The notes beneath the pieces are model-generated. The model saw only the letters and a program-made list of their open reading frames with translations, was not told the origin of the DNA and did not search any database. The position numbers and the translations under genes are program-made. From an uncultured Peptoniphilaceae bacterium (GTDB taxonomy: Bacteria; Bacillota; Clostridia; Tissierellales; Peptoniphilaceae), in contig CAYFNZ010000003.1 of NCBI GenBank assembly GCA_964344625.1, positions 1-56,442 of the forward strand: DNA of 56,442 nucleotides. Reading direction: 5' to 3'. The first letter of the stretch is position 1. Every line of letters starts with the position of its first letter. This document shows, piece by piece, positions 43,709 to 55,190 of the stretch.

Positions 43709-45479
43709 TAATTAATTTTATACCTAATTCTTCCAATTGTTCTTTAGTTACATAAGTTGGCGCACCTGTTAGCGGACAAGTTGCTGATTGAGTCTTTGGA
43801 AAGGCAATTACATCCTTAATATTATTTACATTAAGAAGGGTCATTACGAATCTATCAAGACCGTAAGCAATACCACCATGTGGAGGTGTACCATACTTCA
43901 AGGCTTCTATAAAGAAACCAAACTTATTATTAATATCATCCTCAGTAAGATTTAAGGCATTAAACATCTTATTTTGTAATTGAGAATTATTAATCCTTAT
44001 AGATCCTCCACCTATTTCATCCCCATTAATTACAATATCATAGGCCTTTGCCCTACATTCATGAGGGTTACTTAAAAGCTTATCTATATCTTCGTCAACT
44101 GGGTGAGTGAATGGATGGTGCTTAGCAACATACCTATTTTCTTCTTCATCATATTCAAATAATGGGAAGTCTACAACCCATGTAATTGCAAAGTCGTCTT
44201 TCTTAAACTCTACGTGTTCATTTGCAACATGAACCCTTAAGCTACCAAGATAGTCTAATACCTTTTCCTTCTTATCAATTATTACAAGGATTAAGTCGTT
44301 TTCATCAGCTTCAAATAAATCTAAAAGCTTTTGGTTAAAGTCATCATTTAAGAATTTATTTATTGATGAATTAATAGTCTTATTTTCTTCAACCTTAAAC
44401 CATATCAAGCCTGAAGCATTTAGACCCTTAACAAATTTAGTTAGCTTATCTAATTGCTTTCTAGAATACTTATCAGCAAGTCCCTTAAAGTTAATTCCTC
44501 TTATATCCTTACCATCTGCTATAGAGTTTTTAAATAAATCAAATTCTAAGCTTGATCCAAGTTCTGTCATATCCTTGATTTCAAAGCCGTATCTTAAGTC
44601 AGGCTTATCAGAACCGAACCTTTCCATGGCTTCAGCAAATGACATCCTATTGAATGGAATTTCTAAATCAATATTTTTAACTTTTTTGAAAATGCTTTGA
44701 ATTAACTTTTCATTCATGGAAATAACATCATCCATGTCAACAAAAGACATCTCAATATCAACTTGAGTAAATTCTGGCTGTCTATTAGCCCTTAAGTCTT
44801 CGTCCCTAAAGCATTTTACAATTTGATAATACCTATCAACTCCCGAAATCATAAGCATTTGCTTATAAAGTTGAGGTGATTGTGGTAGTGCGTAAAAAGA
44901 ATTGTGGTTCACCCTTGAAGGAACTACATAGTCTCTTGCTCCTTCAGGAGTTGGCTTACCTAAGAAAGGAGTCTCAACTTCTAGGAATTCATTATCATGT
45001 AAGAAGTCCCTAAAAGCCTTTGAAATTTCAGCCCTAACCCTTAGATTTTCTTGCATCTTTGGCTTTCTCAAGTCAAGATACCTATATTTCAATCTCATTT
45101 CTTCAGAAACATTGTCATCATCTTTAATATAGATTTTTGGAGTCTCAGCTGTGTCTAAAATATTTAATTCGTCTGCAATAATTTCTATTTCACCGGTTGG
45201 TATTTCAGAGTTAACAGATTCCCTCTTACATACTTGCCCAGAGATAGCAATTACATACTCTGACTTAATAGATTTAGCCTTTTCATAAAGAGCCTCTTGG
45301 TCTTCCTTTTTGAAGACTACTTGGGTAATGCCTTTTTTATCCCTTAAATCGATAAAAATCAATGGACCTAGGTCTCTTGATTTTTGCACCCAGCCCATAA
45401 GAGTGACTCTTTGTCCCTGGTTTTCTATCCTAAGATCACCACAATAGTGTGTTCTTTTCATATTTCCTAAACTTACCAT
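43701..45479 (-). CDS. aspS: Aspartate-tRNA ligase, 592 aa
   Basis: Class II motifs (FRDEDLRANRQPEFTQVD, GGGSIR, GIAYGLDR) and an N-terminal OB fold. Confidence 0.95.
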   Translation of the reverse strand: MVSLGNMKRTHYCGDLRIENQGQRVTLMGWVQKSRDLGPLIFIDLRDKKGITQVVFKKEDQEALYEKAKSIKSEYVIAISGQVCKRESVNSEIPTGEIEIIADELNILDTAETPKIYIKDDDNVSEEMRLKYRYLDLRKPKMQENLRVRAEISKAFRDFLHDNEFLEVETPFLGKPTPEGARDYVVPSRVNHNSFYALPQSPQLYKQMLMISGVDRYYQIVKCFRDEDLRANRQPEFTQVDIEMSFVDMDDVISMNEKLIQSIFKKVKNIDLEIPFNRMSFAEAMERFGSDKPDLRYGFEIKDMTELGSSLEFDLFKNSIADGKDIRGINFKGLADKYSRKQLDKLTKFVKGLNASGLIWFKVEENKTINSSINKFLNDDFNQKLLDLFEADENDLILVIIDKKEKVLDYLGSLRVHVANEHVEFKKDDFAITWVVDFPLFEYDEEENRYVAKHHPFTHPVDEDIDKLLSNPHECRAKAYDIVINGDEIGGGSIRINNSQLQNKMFNALNLTEDDINNKFGFFIEALKYGTPPHGGIAYGLDRFVMTLLNVNNIKDVIAFPKTQSATCPLTGAPTYVTKEQLEELGIKLINE

Positions 45480-45490
45480 ATATCCCCCTA

Positions 45491-46096
45491 CTATATTAAA
45501 AATGGATTTGTATTTATTTCATATCCTATTTGACTCTCTGGTCCATGACCAGGATAGACAATTGTTTTAGGATCCAATGTAAATAGTTTTTCCTTAATAG
45601 ATTTTATCAAAGTATCGTAATCTCCACCAGGAAAATCTGTCCTACCTATAGACCCTTGGAATAAGCTATCTCCTGTAAATAGATGGTCATCTATTAGGTA
45701 GCATATGCCACCACTGGTGTGACCAGGAGTAAGTATATATTTAATCGGACCAAACATCCCCTCTTCACCTTCTAGGTACTTATCCGCTTCAAAAGAAAGA
45801 CTTTTCCCTACCATAAAGGACATATTGATTTTAGGGTCATTTAAAACAGATTTTTCATCTGCGTGACAAATAACATCAACCCCAAAATAGTCTTTAAGAT
45901 TCTTTAGCCCCATGATGTGGTCAAAGTGGGCATGTGTTAATAAAATCGCCTGTAATTGTAAATTTTCTTCTTTAATTATGTTTTTAAAACTATCTAAATT
46001 GCTAGAAGCATCAATTATATAACAAGACTTATCATCTAGGATAAGCAAGTATGAATTAGTGCCCATGGCATTGTTATCATCTTTTATAATTTTCAT
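45491..46096 (-). CDS. MBL-fold metallo-hydrolase (glyoxalase II-like)
   Basis: THAHFDH zinc motif, TPGHTSGG, and GDSLF. I prefer the ATG at 46096 (GAGGT SD) over the ORF-track start at 46126, which overlaps dtd. Confidence 0.85.
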   Translation of the reverse strand: MKIIKDDNNAMGTNSYLLILDDKSCYIIDASSNLDSFKNIIKEENLQLQAILLTHAHFDHIMGLKNLKDYFGVDVICHADEKSVLNDPKINMSFMVGKSLSFEADKYLEGEEGMFGPIKYILTPGHTSGGICYLIDDHLFTGDSLFQGSIGRTDFPGGDYDTLIKSIKEKLFTLDPKTIVYPGHGPESQIGYEINTNPFLI

Positions 46097-46103
46097 AAAT
46101 ACC

Positions 46104-46553
46104 TCAATAAAGTTTATTTGAGTCAAGTTGAATGGTTACAGGACCATCATTGATTAGTTCTACCTTCATGTCAGCAGCAAAAACCCCTGTTTCAACTACC
46201 CCTATCTGGTCTTTTAGCCTTCTTACAAGCTCTTCATAATAGTAGTTAGCCTTTTCATGTCCAGCTGATTCAGTAAAACTAGGTCTTCTACCCTTTCTAA
46301 TATCTCCATACAAGGTAAATTGAGATACTACTAAAATCTGACCAGCTACATCCAAGACCGACTTATTCATTTTATCATTTTCATCATTAAATATCCTCAT
46401 ATTTATGATTTTGTCTAAGATGTATTCTAGGTCCTTATCTTGATCATCCCTGTGAACAGCCAAGAAGACAAGCAAGCCACTTGAAATTTGAGAATGTAAT
46501 TTATTATCGATACTTACACTTGCACTTTTTACTTTTTGTATTACTGCTCGCAT
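46104..46553 (-). CDS. dtd: D-aminoacyl-tRNA deacylase, 149 aa
   Basis: MRAVIQKV start, SQFTLYGD, and NDGPVT motifs. Confidence 0.95.
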   Translation of the reverse strand: MRAVIQKVKSASVSIDNKLHSQISSGLLVFLAVHRDDQDKDLEYILDKIINMRIFNDENDKMNKSVLDVAGQILVVSQFTLYGDIRKGRRPSFTESAGHEKANYYYEELVRRLKDQIGVVETGVFAADMKVELINDGPVTIQLDSNKLY

Positions 46554-48709
46554 TATGATTTAACCCTGTAGACATCAATTGTCCCTTTAATTTTTCTTAT
46601 TTTACTAAATAATTTTTCTAACTGAGAAGCTTCTTCTATCTTAATAATCAAAGAAATCGTAAATGTACCGTCCTTGTTTGGCTTTGTGCTAATTCCACCA
46701 AGGTAGAAGCCTTCTTTTGATATAACTTTTGTAAGCTCTGCCAAATATCCTGGATTATCAAAGGAAATGATATTAAGCTTAACAGAATACTTTGTTCCCT
46801 TAGGACTGTCCCATTTAACTTCAATCAATCTTTCCTTGTTTTCTAATGATAGGATATTCTTACAATCAAACCTATGGATGGTAATTCCCCTGCCTTTTGT
46901 AATATAGCCTACGATTTTGTCGCCAGGTACAGGATTACAACATTTTGCAAATTTAGAATCCAAGTTGTTAATATCATCCACTGTCACACTGTCGTTAGAT
47001 GAATCATTTTGTTCTATATTATTAACATCTTCTTGGTAGTCATTTAAATTCTTCTCTTCAATTGCATTTTGCTCATATTTTGATTCAAGTTTAACTATTA
47101 AATTAGCCAAGTTAACTGAACCATAGCCTATTCCTGCATACAGGTCATCGATGGTCAAGAGGTTATACTTTTCAGCTGCATCTTGAAGCCATTCATTTAC
47201 TAAAATCTTGGAAGAATCATAGCCTTTTTTACGGATTTCTTTTTCAAGTTTTTCTCTACCAATTTCTATATTAATATCTCTTTTTTCTTTTTTGAAATAT
47301 TGTTTAATCTTGGTTTTTGCCTGAGAGGAAACAACTATGTCCAACCAGTCTTTACTTGGTCCAGTTGAGTTTGAAGAGGTTAAGATTTCGACAATATCCC
47401 CTGTTTGAAGCTTATAGCTAAGAGGCACAATTTTGCCATTAACCTTTGCTCCCACGCACTTATTTCCAACATCTGTATGGACCCTATAGGCAAAGTCAAC
47501 AGGACAAGCACCTGCTGGAAGGTCGATTACATCGCCTTTTGGTGAGAAGATATATACCTCGTCTGAGAATAAGTCGCCCTTGAAAATGTCCATGAATTCT
47601 TTTGAATCCCTAGTACTTGAGCTCCATTCCATAAGTTGCCTAATCCAAGTAAGTCTTTGGTCAAAGTTTGATGCCTTGGATTTGCCTTCTTTATACTTCC
47701 AGTGGGCAGCAATACCGTATTCTGCAGTTTGGTGCATCTCATAGGTTCTTATTTGAATCTCAAATATTTGTCCCTTTAAGCCAATTACTGTTGTATGAAG
47801 GGATTGGTACATATTTTGCTTGGGCATAGATATATAGTCCTTAAACCTTCCGATTAGAGGCTTCCAAATATTATGAACTACACCTAATACCGCATAACAC
47901 TCATTAATACTATCAACTATTACCCTAACAGCTATTAAGTCATAAATATTATCTATAGATGAATTTTGCTTTTTCATCTTGTTGTAGATACTATAAATTC
48001 CCTTAGGTCTGCCTGTAATAGTGCATTTTATATTTATCTTAGCTAATTCTTCTGTCAAAATTGAAATAATCTCTGAAATGACTTTTTCTCTTTCTGACCT
48101 TTTTTGGTTGATATCTTCAGCTATTGAATAATATGAAATTGGATCAATATATCTTAAGCATAAGTCTTCCAATTCCCATTTAATAGTATTAATTCCAAGT
48201 CTATGAGCTAAAGGAATATAGATATCAAGAGTTTCTTGAGCCTTTGCGATTTGCTTTTCCCTACTCATGTATTCAAGAGTCCTTAAATTATGAAGTCTGT
48301 CTGCAAGCTTAATAATTATGACCCTTATGTCATTGGCCATTGCTAAAACCATTTTTCTAATATTTTCATTTTGGTTTTCTTCTTTGGTTTGATTTTTTAG
48401 CTTGGAAAGCTTTGTTACCCCATCCACAAGTTCAGTGATTTCTTCCCCGAAATCAGCTATCATTTGGTCTTTGGTATAATCTGTATCTTCCAGTAGGTCA
48501 TGCATTAAGCCGGCACAAATAGTTTGGTCGTCCATTTTAAGTCCAGCTAAAATCATACTTACGGCAACAGGGTGAATGAAATATTCTTCCCCAGAATTAC
48601 GCAATTGTCCCTTGTGCTTTAGCTCAGACATATTATAGGCCTTGGTAATCAAATCAACATCGGTATTTGTATTATATTTTTTTATGGTTTCTAGCAAGTC
48701 ATTTAACAT
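46553..48709 (-). CDS. relA: Bifunctional (p)ppGpp synthetase/hydrolase (RSH/RelA-SpoT), 718 aa
   Basis: HD domain (HPVAV...HDLLEDT), synthetase motif (YQSLHTTV, EIQIRT), and TGS and ACT C-terminal domains. Confidence 0.95.
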   Translation of the reverse strand: MLNDLLETIKKYNTNTDVDLITKAYNMSELKHKGQLRNSGEEYFIHPVAVSMILAGLKMDDQTICAGLMHDLLEDTDYTKDQMIADFGEEITELVDGVTKLSKLKNQTKEENQNENIRKMVLAMANDIRVIIIKLADRLHNLRTLEYMSREKQIAKAQETLDIYIPLAHRLGINTIKWELEDLCLRYIDPISYYSIAEDINQKRSEREKVISEIISILTEELAKINIKCTITGRPKGIYSIYNKMKKQNSSIDNIYDLIAVRVIVDSINECYAVLGVVHNIWKPLIGRFKDYISMPKQNMYQSLHTTVIGLKGQIFEIQIRTYEMHQTAEYGIAAHWKYKEGKSKASNFDQRLTWIRQLMEWSSSTRDSKEFMDIFKGDLFSDEVYIFSPKGDVIDLPAGACPVDFAYRVHTDVGNKCVGAKVNGKIVPLSYKLQTGDIVEILTSSNSTGPSKDWLDIVVSSQAKTKIKQYFKKEKRDINIEIGREKLEKEIRKKGYDSSKILVNEWLQDAAEKYNLLTIDDLYAGIGYGSVNLANLIVKLESKYEQNAIEEKNLNDYQEDVNNIEQNDSSNDSVTVDDINNLDSKFAKCCNPVPGDKIVGYITKGRGITIHRFDCKNILSLENKERLIEVKWDSPKGTKYSVKLNIISFDNPGYLAELTKVISKEGFYLGGISTKPNKDGTFTISLIIKIEEASQLEKLFSKIRKIKGTIDVYRVKS

Positions 48710-50469
48710 TATCTCATCTCTTCTATCATTAATTGTATATTTTCCCTATCTCTAAATTTGTTTATCTGAATTGAATAAACAATATCTATTTGACGACCTA
48801 GTAGTTTGTCAAAATTCTCTTCTATATTATTAATATTAAATTTACTCTCTAAATATTGCAAATTATTTAATACATCAAAGCTTATTGAATCAAAGCTCTT
48901 ATTATTTTGTAAAAGAGTCATCTTAAGGACATTTCTATCCTTACCTAATATTGCAATATTATTAATTATAACACTTTTTGACGCGAATTTCGGCTTTTCA
49001 AAGCCTTTTCCAAAAGGTTGTAGGCTATCTATTTGCCTTATTAGGTCAAAATTAATCACCCTAAAATCTAAAGCGGTATCTATATTAGTAATTTTATTGA
49101 AATCCTTTGGACTTAGGTTAGAATTTTTATTAGCAAGGTCTTTAACAACTTCTAGGTTATCATATGTTAAAGTTAGGCCACAGGCCATCTTATGGCCGCC
49201 AAAAGCCACAAAGTATTCAGCATACTTACTTAATTCTTTATGCATGTTGTAGGCTTCTATAGACCTTCCAGATCCCTTTACCAGCCTAATATCATCACTA
49301 CTTGCATCAGTAAAGACTAAGACAGGCTTATGGTAGCTTTCTTTAATCCTCCCTGCCACAAGGCCGCAGATGCTCTCATGAACATCCTTCATGTATAAAA
49401 ATATTATATCATCCTTGTAAAGCTCAGATTCTTCAACCATTTCAAGGGCTTGGTCTAAAGCCTCTTTAGTAATGTTCTTTCTATCGTTATTTAGGGCTAT
49501 AAGCTCTCTCGCATACTCTACAATAAGACTTGGATCATCCTCTAAAAGCAATTCTACAGCAAGATTTGCAGTATAAAGTCTTCCTGTTGCATTTATTACC
49601 GGTCCAATTATAAAGCCTATGGTATATACACTAATCTCTTTATTCCAATTAAGTTGATATATTAATTCTTTAAGACCTAGGTTATTGGTCTTATTTAATC
49701 TCTTTAGTCCTTCAATTACTATAATCCTATTTTCATCAACCAAGTCCATAACATCAGTTACAGTTCCAATAGCGGCAAATTGCAATAAATCATATATATA
49801 TTCTTTTGGAATGCCAAAGTCTTTACCATATTTTTCATAAAAAGCATAGACCAACTTATAAGCGACAACTGCCCCACAAATCCCCTTGAATGGATAGGTG
49901 CAGGCAGCCTGAGACGGATTTACGACAGCATTTGCCCTTGGAATTAAATCCTTGCCATCAGCTTTCACCACTTGGTGGTGGTCGGTGACAATTACATCTA
50001 TGGCATTCTCCCTGGCATAGTCTATTGCATCAAAGGCAGCAATACCATTGTCACAGGTAATTATCAAAGCTATATTGTCTTTAATACAATCATCGACAAT
50101 GTTTTTATTTAGGCCATAGCCATCTTCAATCCTGTTTGGAATCACATATGAGACGTCATCATAAAAATATCCCAAACCTTTCATCAAGATAGTTGTAGAA
50201 TTTACTCCATCTGCATCATAATCCCCAACAATCCTTATAGGAAGGCCTTCCATCATGGTATTAAACAGGATATCTACGGCAAGGTCCATGTCCTTTAATA
50301 AAAATGGAGAATGCATGCCTTCGATAGATGAATTTATAATTGAATTAACCTTATTATCTTCTGTGATATCTCGATTTGCTAGGATTAACCTTTGGATGTT
50401 AGTTAATTGCTTAAATTTACTTAATTCATCATAGTTTTGCTTTTTGTTATAGATAAACCAGTTACTCAT
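48709..50469 (-). CDS. recJ: Single-stranded-DNA-specific exonuclease RecJ, 586 aa
   Basis: DHH motifs (GDYDADGV, TCDNG, VTDHH) and DHHA1 (GGHKMACG). Confidence 0.92.
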   Translation of the reverse strand: MSNWFIYNKKQNYDELSKFKQLTNIQRLILANRDITEDNKVNSIINSSIEGMHSPFLLKDMDLAVDILFNTMMEGLPIRIVGDYDADGVNSTTILMKGLGYFYDDVSYVIPNRIEDGYGLNKNIVDDCIKDNIALIITCDNGIAAFDAIDYARENAIDVIVTDHHQVVKADGKDLIPRANAVVNPSQAACTYPFKGICGAVVAYKLVYAFYEKYGKDFGIPKEYIYDLLQFAAIGTVTDVMDLVDENRIIVIEGLKRLNKTNNLGLKELIYQLNWNKEISVYTIGFIIGPVINATGRLYTANLAVELLLEDDPSLIVEYARELIALNNDRKNITKEALDQALEMVEESELYKDDIIFLYMKDVHESICGLVAGRIKESYHKPVLVFTDASSDDIRLVKGSGRSIEAYNMHKELSKYAEYFVAFGGHKMACGLTLTYDNLEVVKDLANKNSNLSPKDFNKITNIDTALDFRVINFDLIRQIDSLQPFGKGFEKPKFASKSVIINNIAILGKDRNVLKMTLLQNNKSFDSISFDVLNNLQYLESKFNINNIEENFDKLLGRQIDIVYSIQINKFRDRENIQLMIEEMR

Positions 50470-50500
50470 CAGTTTCCCTTCATTTGTATTATTATCTTAT

Positions 50501-50535
50501 ATGCAAAAATGAAAAGTAGAAAACTACTTTTCATT
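50501..50535 (-). terminator. Intrinsic terminator after yajC: perfect 12-bp stem aatgaaaagtag / ctacttttcatt
   Basis: Read directly, with a T-rich flank on the minus strand. It separates the ruv-que-yajC unit from recJ. Confidence 0.7.
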
Positions 50536-50560
50536 CTCTCGAGTTTATAATTTATAGTTA

Positions 50561-50934
50561 TTATTCAGTGTCTTCAGAGTCTTTGAAATCTTCACTTTCT
50601 TCGTCTAAATCTTCCATGTCTTCAGAATCTTGAACTTCCATGCCGTCTACTGGCTTAATGATATAATTCAAGGCATTTAAGACATATTGAATTTCAGCAC
50701 CATTTCCAGTTGAAATTGTAAAGTATACATCATCAACTTCAACAACTCTTCCCTTTACGCCTGACTTTGTAATAATTTCATCCCCAACCTTAAGTTGTTT
50801 AATCATATCGTCAAACTCATTTCTTCTTTTTTTTGCTGGTTTCATCAAAAAGAAATATGTGATTAAACCGATAATTACGATATAACCTATTCCAATTACT
50901 GGAAGGGATTCTCCTTTAATAGCTAAAATACTCA

Positions 50935-50935
<1 letters not shown>
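50561..50935 (-). CDS. yajC: Preprotein translocase subunit YajC with an acidic C-terminal tail, 124 aa
   Basis: Single TM, then LKVGDEIITKSGVKGRV, typical of YajC. The tail is DSEDMEDLDEESEDFKDSEDTE. Confidence 0.85.
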
Positions 50936-52065
<1,130 letters not shown>

Positions 52066-52073
52066 TTACTCGC

Positions 52074-53096
52074 TTATTTAATTAGCATCGCATCTCCGAA
52101 TGAGAAGAACTTATAATCATTCTTCTTAGCTTCTTCGTAGGCATTCATGATTATATCCTTGCTAGCAAAAGTTGACACTAGCATTATTAAAGTAGATTCT
52201 GGTAGGTGGAAGTTTGTAATCATGGCATCTACTATCTTAAATTTATATCCAGGATAAATGAAAATGTTAGTATCTTCTGCACATGGTATAATTTCATTAT
52301 GCTTGGTCATTACGGATTCCAGGGTCCTTACTGATGTAGTGCCAACAGCTATTATCCTCTTACCATTTTCTTTAGCCTTATTAATCTTATCACAAGCTGT
52401 CTTATCAACTATATAGTATTCACTATGCATAATATGGTCTTCAATATTGTCTGCTGTTACAGGCTTAAAGGTACCATAGCCAACATGTAGGGTTACATAG
52501 GCTATATCTACACCCTTTTCCTTGATTTTTTCAAGTAATTCCTTTGAAAAATGAAGACCTGCTGTAGGTGCAGCAACTGAACCATCATTTTTTGCATACA
52601 CAGTTTGATATGAAGCCTTGTCCTTTAATTCCTCTGTAATATATGGAGGAATAGGCATAGAGCCGATTTCTTCAAGTATTTCTTGAAATACTCCCCTAAA
52701 AGAAAATTCTATATACCTATGGCCTTCTTCACTTATTTCAACAACTTTGCCTGAAAGCTTGTCAGAAAAAATGATTTCAGAGCCCAGTTTCATTTTCTTT
52801 CCAGGCTTAACAAGGCATTCCCAAATAGTTTTTTCTGTATTTTTTAATAGCAATACTTCAATTTTTTCATCCTTATCAGGCCTATGGCCGTAAATCCTAG
52901 CTGGGATAACCTTGGTATCATTTAAGACTAGGCAATCTCCCGGATTTAGATAATCTATAATGTCATAGAACCTCTTATGTTCTAGGTCAAAATTATCTCT
53001 ATTTACAATCATTAATTTAGAGTTTTCCCTCTTTTGCTCTGGATGTTGGGCAATAAAAGAAGGGTCTAATTCGTAGTAAAAATCTTTAGTATTCAT
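52074..53096 (-). CDS. queA: tRNA preQ1(34) S-adenosylmethionine ribosyltransferase-isomerase, 340 aa
   Basis: FDYELP-like FYYELDPSFIAQHP, AAPTAGLHF, and GTTSVRTLES. Confidence 0.95.
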   Translation of the reverse strand: MNTKDFYYELDPSFIAQHPEQKRENSKLMIVNRDNFDLEHKRFYDIIDYLNPGDCLVLNDTKVIPARIYGHRPDKDEKIEVLLLKNTEKTIWECLVKPGKKMKLGSEIIFSDKLSGKVVEISEEGHRYIEFSFRGVFQEILEEIGSMPIPPYITEELKDKASYQTVYAKNDGSVAAPTAGLHFSKELLEKIKEKGVDIAYVTLHVGYGTFKPVTADNIEDHIMHSEYYIVDKTACDKINKAKENGKRIIAVGTTSVRTLESVMTKHNEIIPCAEDTNIFIYPGYKFKIVDAMITNFHLPESTLIMLVSTFASKDIIMNAYEEAKKNDYKFFSFGDAMLIK

Positions 53097-53098
53097 AT

Positions 53099-54097
53099 TT
53101 ATTCCTTATATTTCAATCCATAGTGGTCATAGGCTTTCTTAGTTAAAACCCTTCCCCTAGGAGTTCTATTTATAAATCCAATTTGCAGCAAATATGGCTC
53201 ATAAACATCTTCGATAGTTACTGACTCTTGGCCAGTAGATGCCGCTATTGTGTCAAGTCCAACAGGGCCTCCATCAAAGTTTTCAGCCATTGTAAGAATT
53301 ATTTTCCTATCTAACTTGTCTAAGCCCATCTCATCGATTTCCAAGAAATCGAGAGATTTCTTACAGATTTCTAAGTCTATCTGACCTTCATGCATAACAT
53401 CAACATAGTCTCTTACTCTCTTAAGTAGCCTATTTGCAATACGAGGAGTTCCTCTTGATCTCTTTGCAATTTCTAAGGCTGATAAATCGTCGATTTTTAA
53501 GTCTAGGATATTGGCAGACCTTTTAACGATTTTTTGAAGGGAATTAGGGTCGTATAAGTCTAATTCCATCAAAACGCCAAACCTATCTCTTAAAGGAGAG
53601 CTTAATAGACCTGACTTAGTTGTAGCCCCTACTAGGGTAAATTTTTCTAGGTCAATTCTAAGGCTTTGAGCGCTAGGTCCCTTTCCTACAATAATATCTA
53701 GAGCAAAATCTTCCATAGCTGGATATAGGACTTCCTCTACATTTTTATTAATCCTATGAATTTCATCTATAAATAAGACATCATTTTCATTAAGATTAGT
53801 TAAAATACTAGCTAAATCTCCAGCCCTTTCTATAGCCGGACCCGATGTAACCTTTATATTAACCCCTAGCTCATTAGCAATAATATTTGCTAGGGTGGTC
53901 TTACCTAAACCAGGCGGTCCCTGTAGAAGGACATGGTCTAGGGCTTCTCCCCTGTTTTTCGCAGCTTGGATGAAAATATCCATTTTTTTCTTTGCCTTAT
54001 CTTGGCCAATATATTCAGTAAGCCACCTAGGTCTTAGGGTATATTCAGTTTGTTCTTCATCATTGATGGATTGACTTCCAACAATTCTATTATTCAT
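53099..54097 (-). CDS. ruvB: Holliday junction branch migration ATPase RuvB, 332 aa
   Basis: [18 protein letters not shown], and [11 protein letters not shown]. Confidence 0.95.
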   Translation of the reverse strand: MNNRIVGSQSINDEEQTEYTLRPRWLTEYIGQDKAKKKMDIFIQAAKNRGEALDHVLLQGPPGLGKTTLANIIANELGVNIKVTSGPAIERAGDLASILTNLNENDVLFIDEIHRINKNVEEVLYPAMEDFALDIIVGKGPSAQSLRIDLEKFTLVGATTKSGLLSSPLRDRFGVLMELDLYDPNSLQKIVKRSANILDLKIDDLSALEIAKRSRGTPRIANRLLKRVRDYVDVMHEGQIDLEICKKSLDFLEIDEMGLDKLDRKIILTMAENFDGGPVGLDTIAASTGQESVTIEDVYEPYLLQIGFINRTPRGRVLTKKAYDHYGLKYKE

Positions 54098-54105
54098 CTA
54101 ATCAC

Positions 54106-54693
54106 CTAAATCTTTTTTAAAGCTTCTTTAACTATCTGAGATAAACTCATATTATTGGTATCAAGGCTATCCAAGGCCTTAATTGCAGCATTTCTTTGAT
54201 AGCCAAGGTTGACTAGAGCATCCAAGGCAAAATCATAGTTTTCATTTTGGCTTGTCTTCTTAATAGTTTTTGAAACTTCTTTTTCTTCTACATCTAAAAC
54301 TATTTTATCAGAAAGCTCAAGAATTATCCTACTTGCAGTCTTTTTACCTATACCTGGAGCATTTGTTAACAACTTGATGTCACTTGTTGTGATTGCTTTT
54401 TTTACTTCATAGGATGTAAGTGTAGATAAAATAGAAAGCGCCGCCTTAGGGCCAACAGAAGATACGGAAGTAAGACTTAAAAATAGTTTATGGCTATCTT
54501 GTGATATAAAGCCATAAAGATATACACCGTCATCACGAACTGTAAATTCAGTATATATCTTTCTAGTATCATTTATAGATAATTCACTTGTGTCACTTAA
54601 AGGCATCTGTAATTTATATCCTATATTGTTACTCTCTAAAATAACAGTTTCTTCATCGATAAATTTTACTTCACCTATTATATAAGAATACAT
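54106..54693 (-). CDS. ruvA: Holliday junction DNA helicase subunit RuvA, 195 aa
   Basis: MYSYIIGEV start, HhH motifs (GVGPKAALSIL, PGIGKKTASRI), and C-terminal domain III. Confidence 0.9.
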   Translation of the reverse strand: MYSYIIGEVKFIDEETVILESNNIGYKLQMPLSDTSELSINDTRKIYTEFTVRDDGVYLYGFISQDSHKLFLSLTSVSSVGPKAALSILSTLTSYEVKKAITTSDIKLLTNAPGIGKKTASRIILELSDKIVLDVEEKEVSKTIKKTSQNENYDFALDALVNLGYQRNAAIKALDSLDTNNMSLSQIVKEALKKI

Positions 54694-54695
54694 TG

Positions 54696-55190
54696 TTACC
54701 TCATTCTAAATTGTTCTTTTAACTTATTTGTAAAGCTATGACAGATTGCAATAGCTAAGGCATCAGCAGCATCGTCTGGTTTAGGAATACCATCTAGATT
54801 TAAGATTCTTTTTACACTCTCTTGCATTTGATTCTTAGTAGCCCTTCCATAGCCAGTAAGAGCCTGCTTAATCTGAAGAGGAGTGTACTCAAAAACATCT
54901 AGGCCTTGAGTCTTACAAGCGAGGATTTCCACTCCTCTAGCCTGTGCAACATTAATAAATGTTTTGGTATTCTTCTCATGAAAAAGTTTTTCAAAAGCAA
55001 CTTCTTCCGGCTTATATTCATCAATTAAGCCGACAAGTTCGCGGTAGATAATCTCAAGTCTTTCATCTGTTGAGCTGGTGGCTTTAGTTTGAATTGAACC
55101 ATATTCTAGCAACCTGTACCTATTACCGATAACTTCGATTAGGCCATAACCAACTATGGCAATTCCCGGGTCTATTCCTAAAATAATCAT
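54696..55190 (-). CDS. ruvC: Crossover junction endodeoxyribonuclease RuvC
   Basis: ILGIDPG catalytic start, and DAADALAIA near the C-terminus. I prefer the ATG at 55190, which forms an ATGA overlap with the upstream ORF stop, over the ORF-track TTG at 55211. Confidence 0.9.
   Translation of the reverse strand: MIILGIDPGIAIVGYGLIEVIGNRYRLLEYGSIQTKATSSTDERLEIIYRELVGLIDEYKPEEVAFEKLFHEKNTKTFINVAQARGVEILACKTQGLDVFEYTPLQIKQALTGYGRATKNQMQESVKRILNLDGIPKPDDAADALAIAICHSFTNKLKEQFRMR

Noticed and set aside
47527-47742. 71-aa same-strand, out-of-frame ORF inside relA
   Set aside because: It overlaps the conserved synthetase/TGS region of relA. It has no SD, and I saw no slippery site suggesting programmed frameshifting.
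48806-49252. 148-aa plus-strand ORF antisense to recJ
   Set aside because: Same reasoning. Its L/S/K/F-rich low-complexity translation has no motif and no SD, and recJ DHH/DHHA1 motifs are on the other strand. It would need ribosome profiling to be taken seriously.
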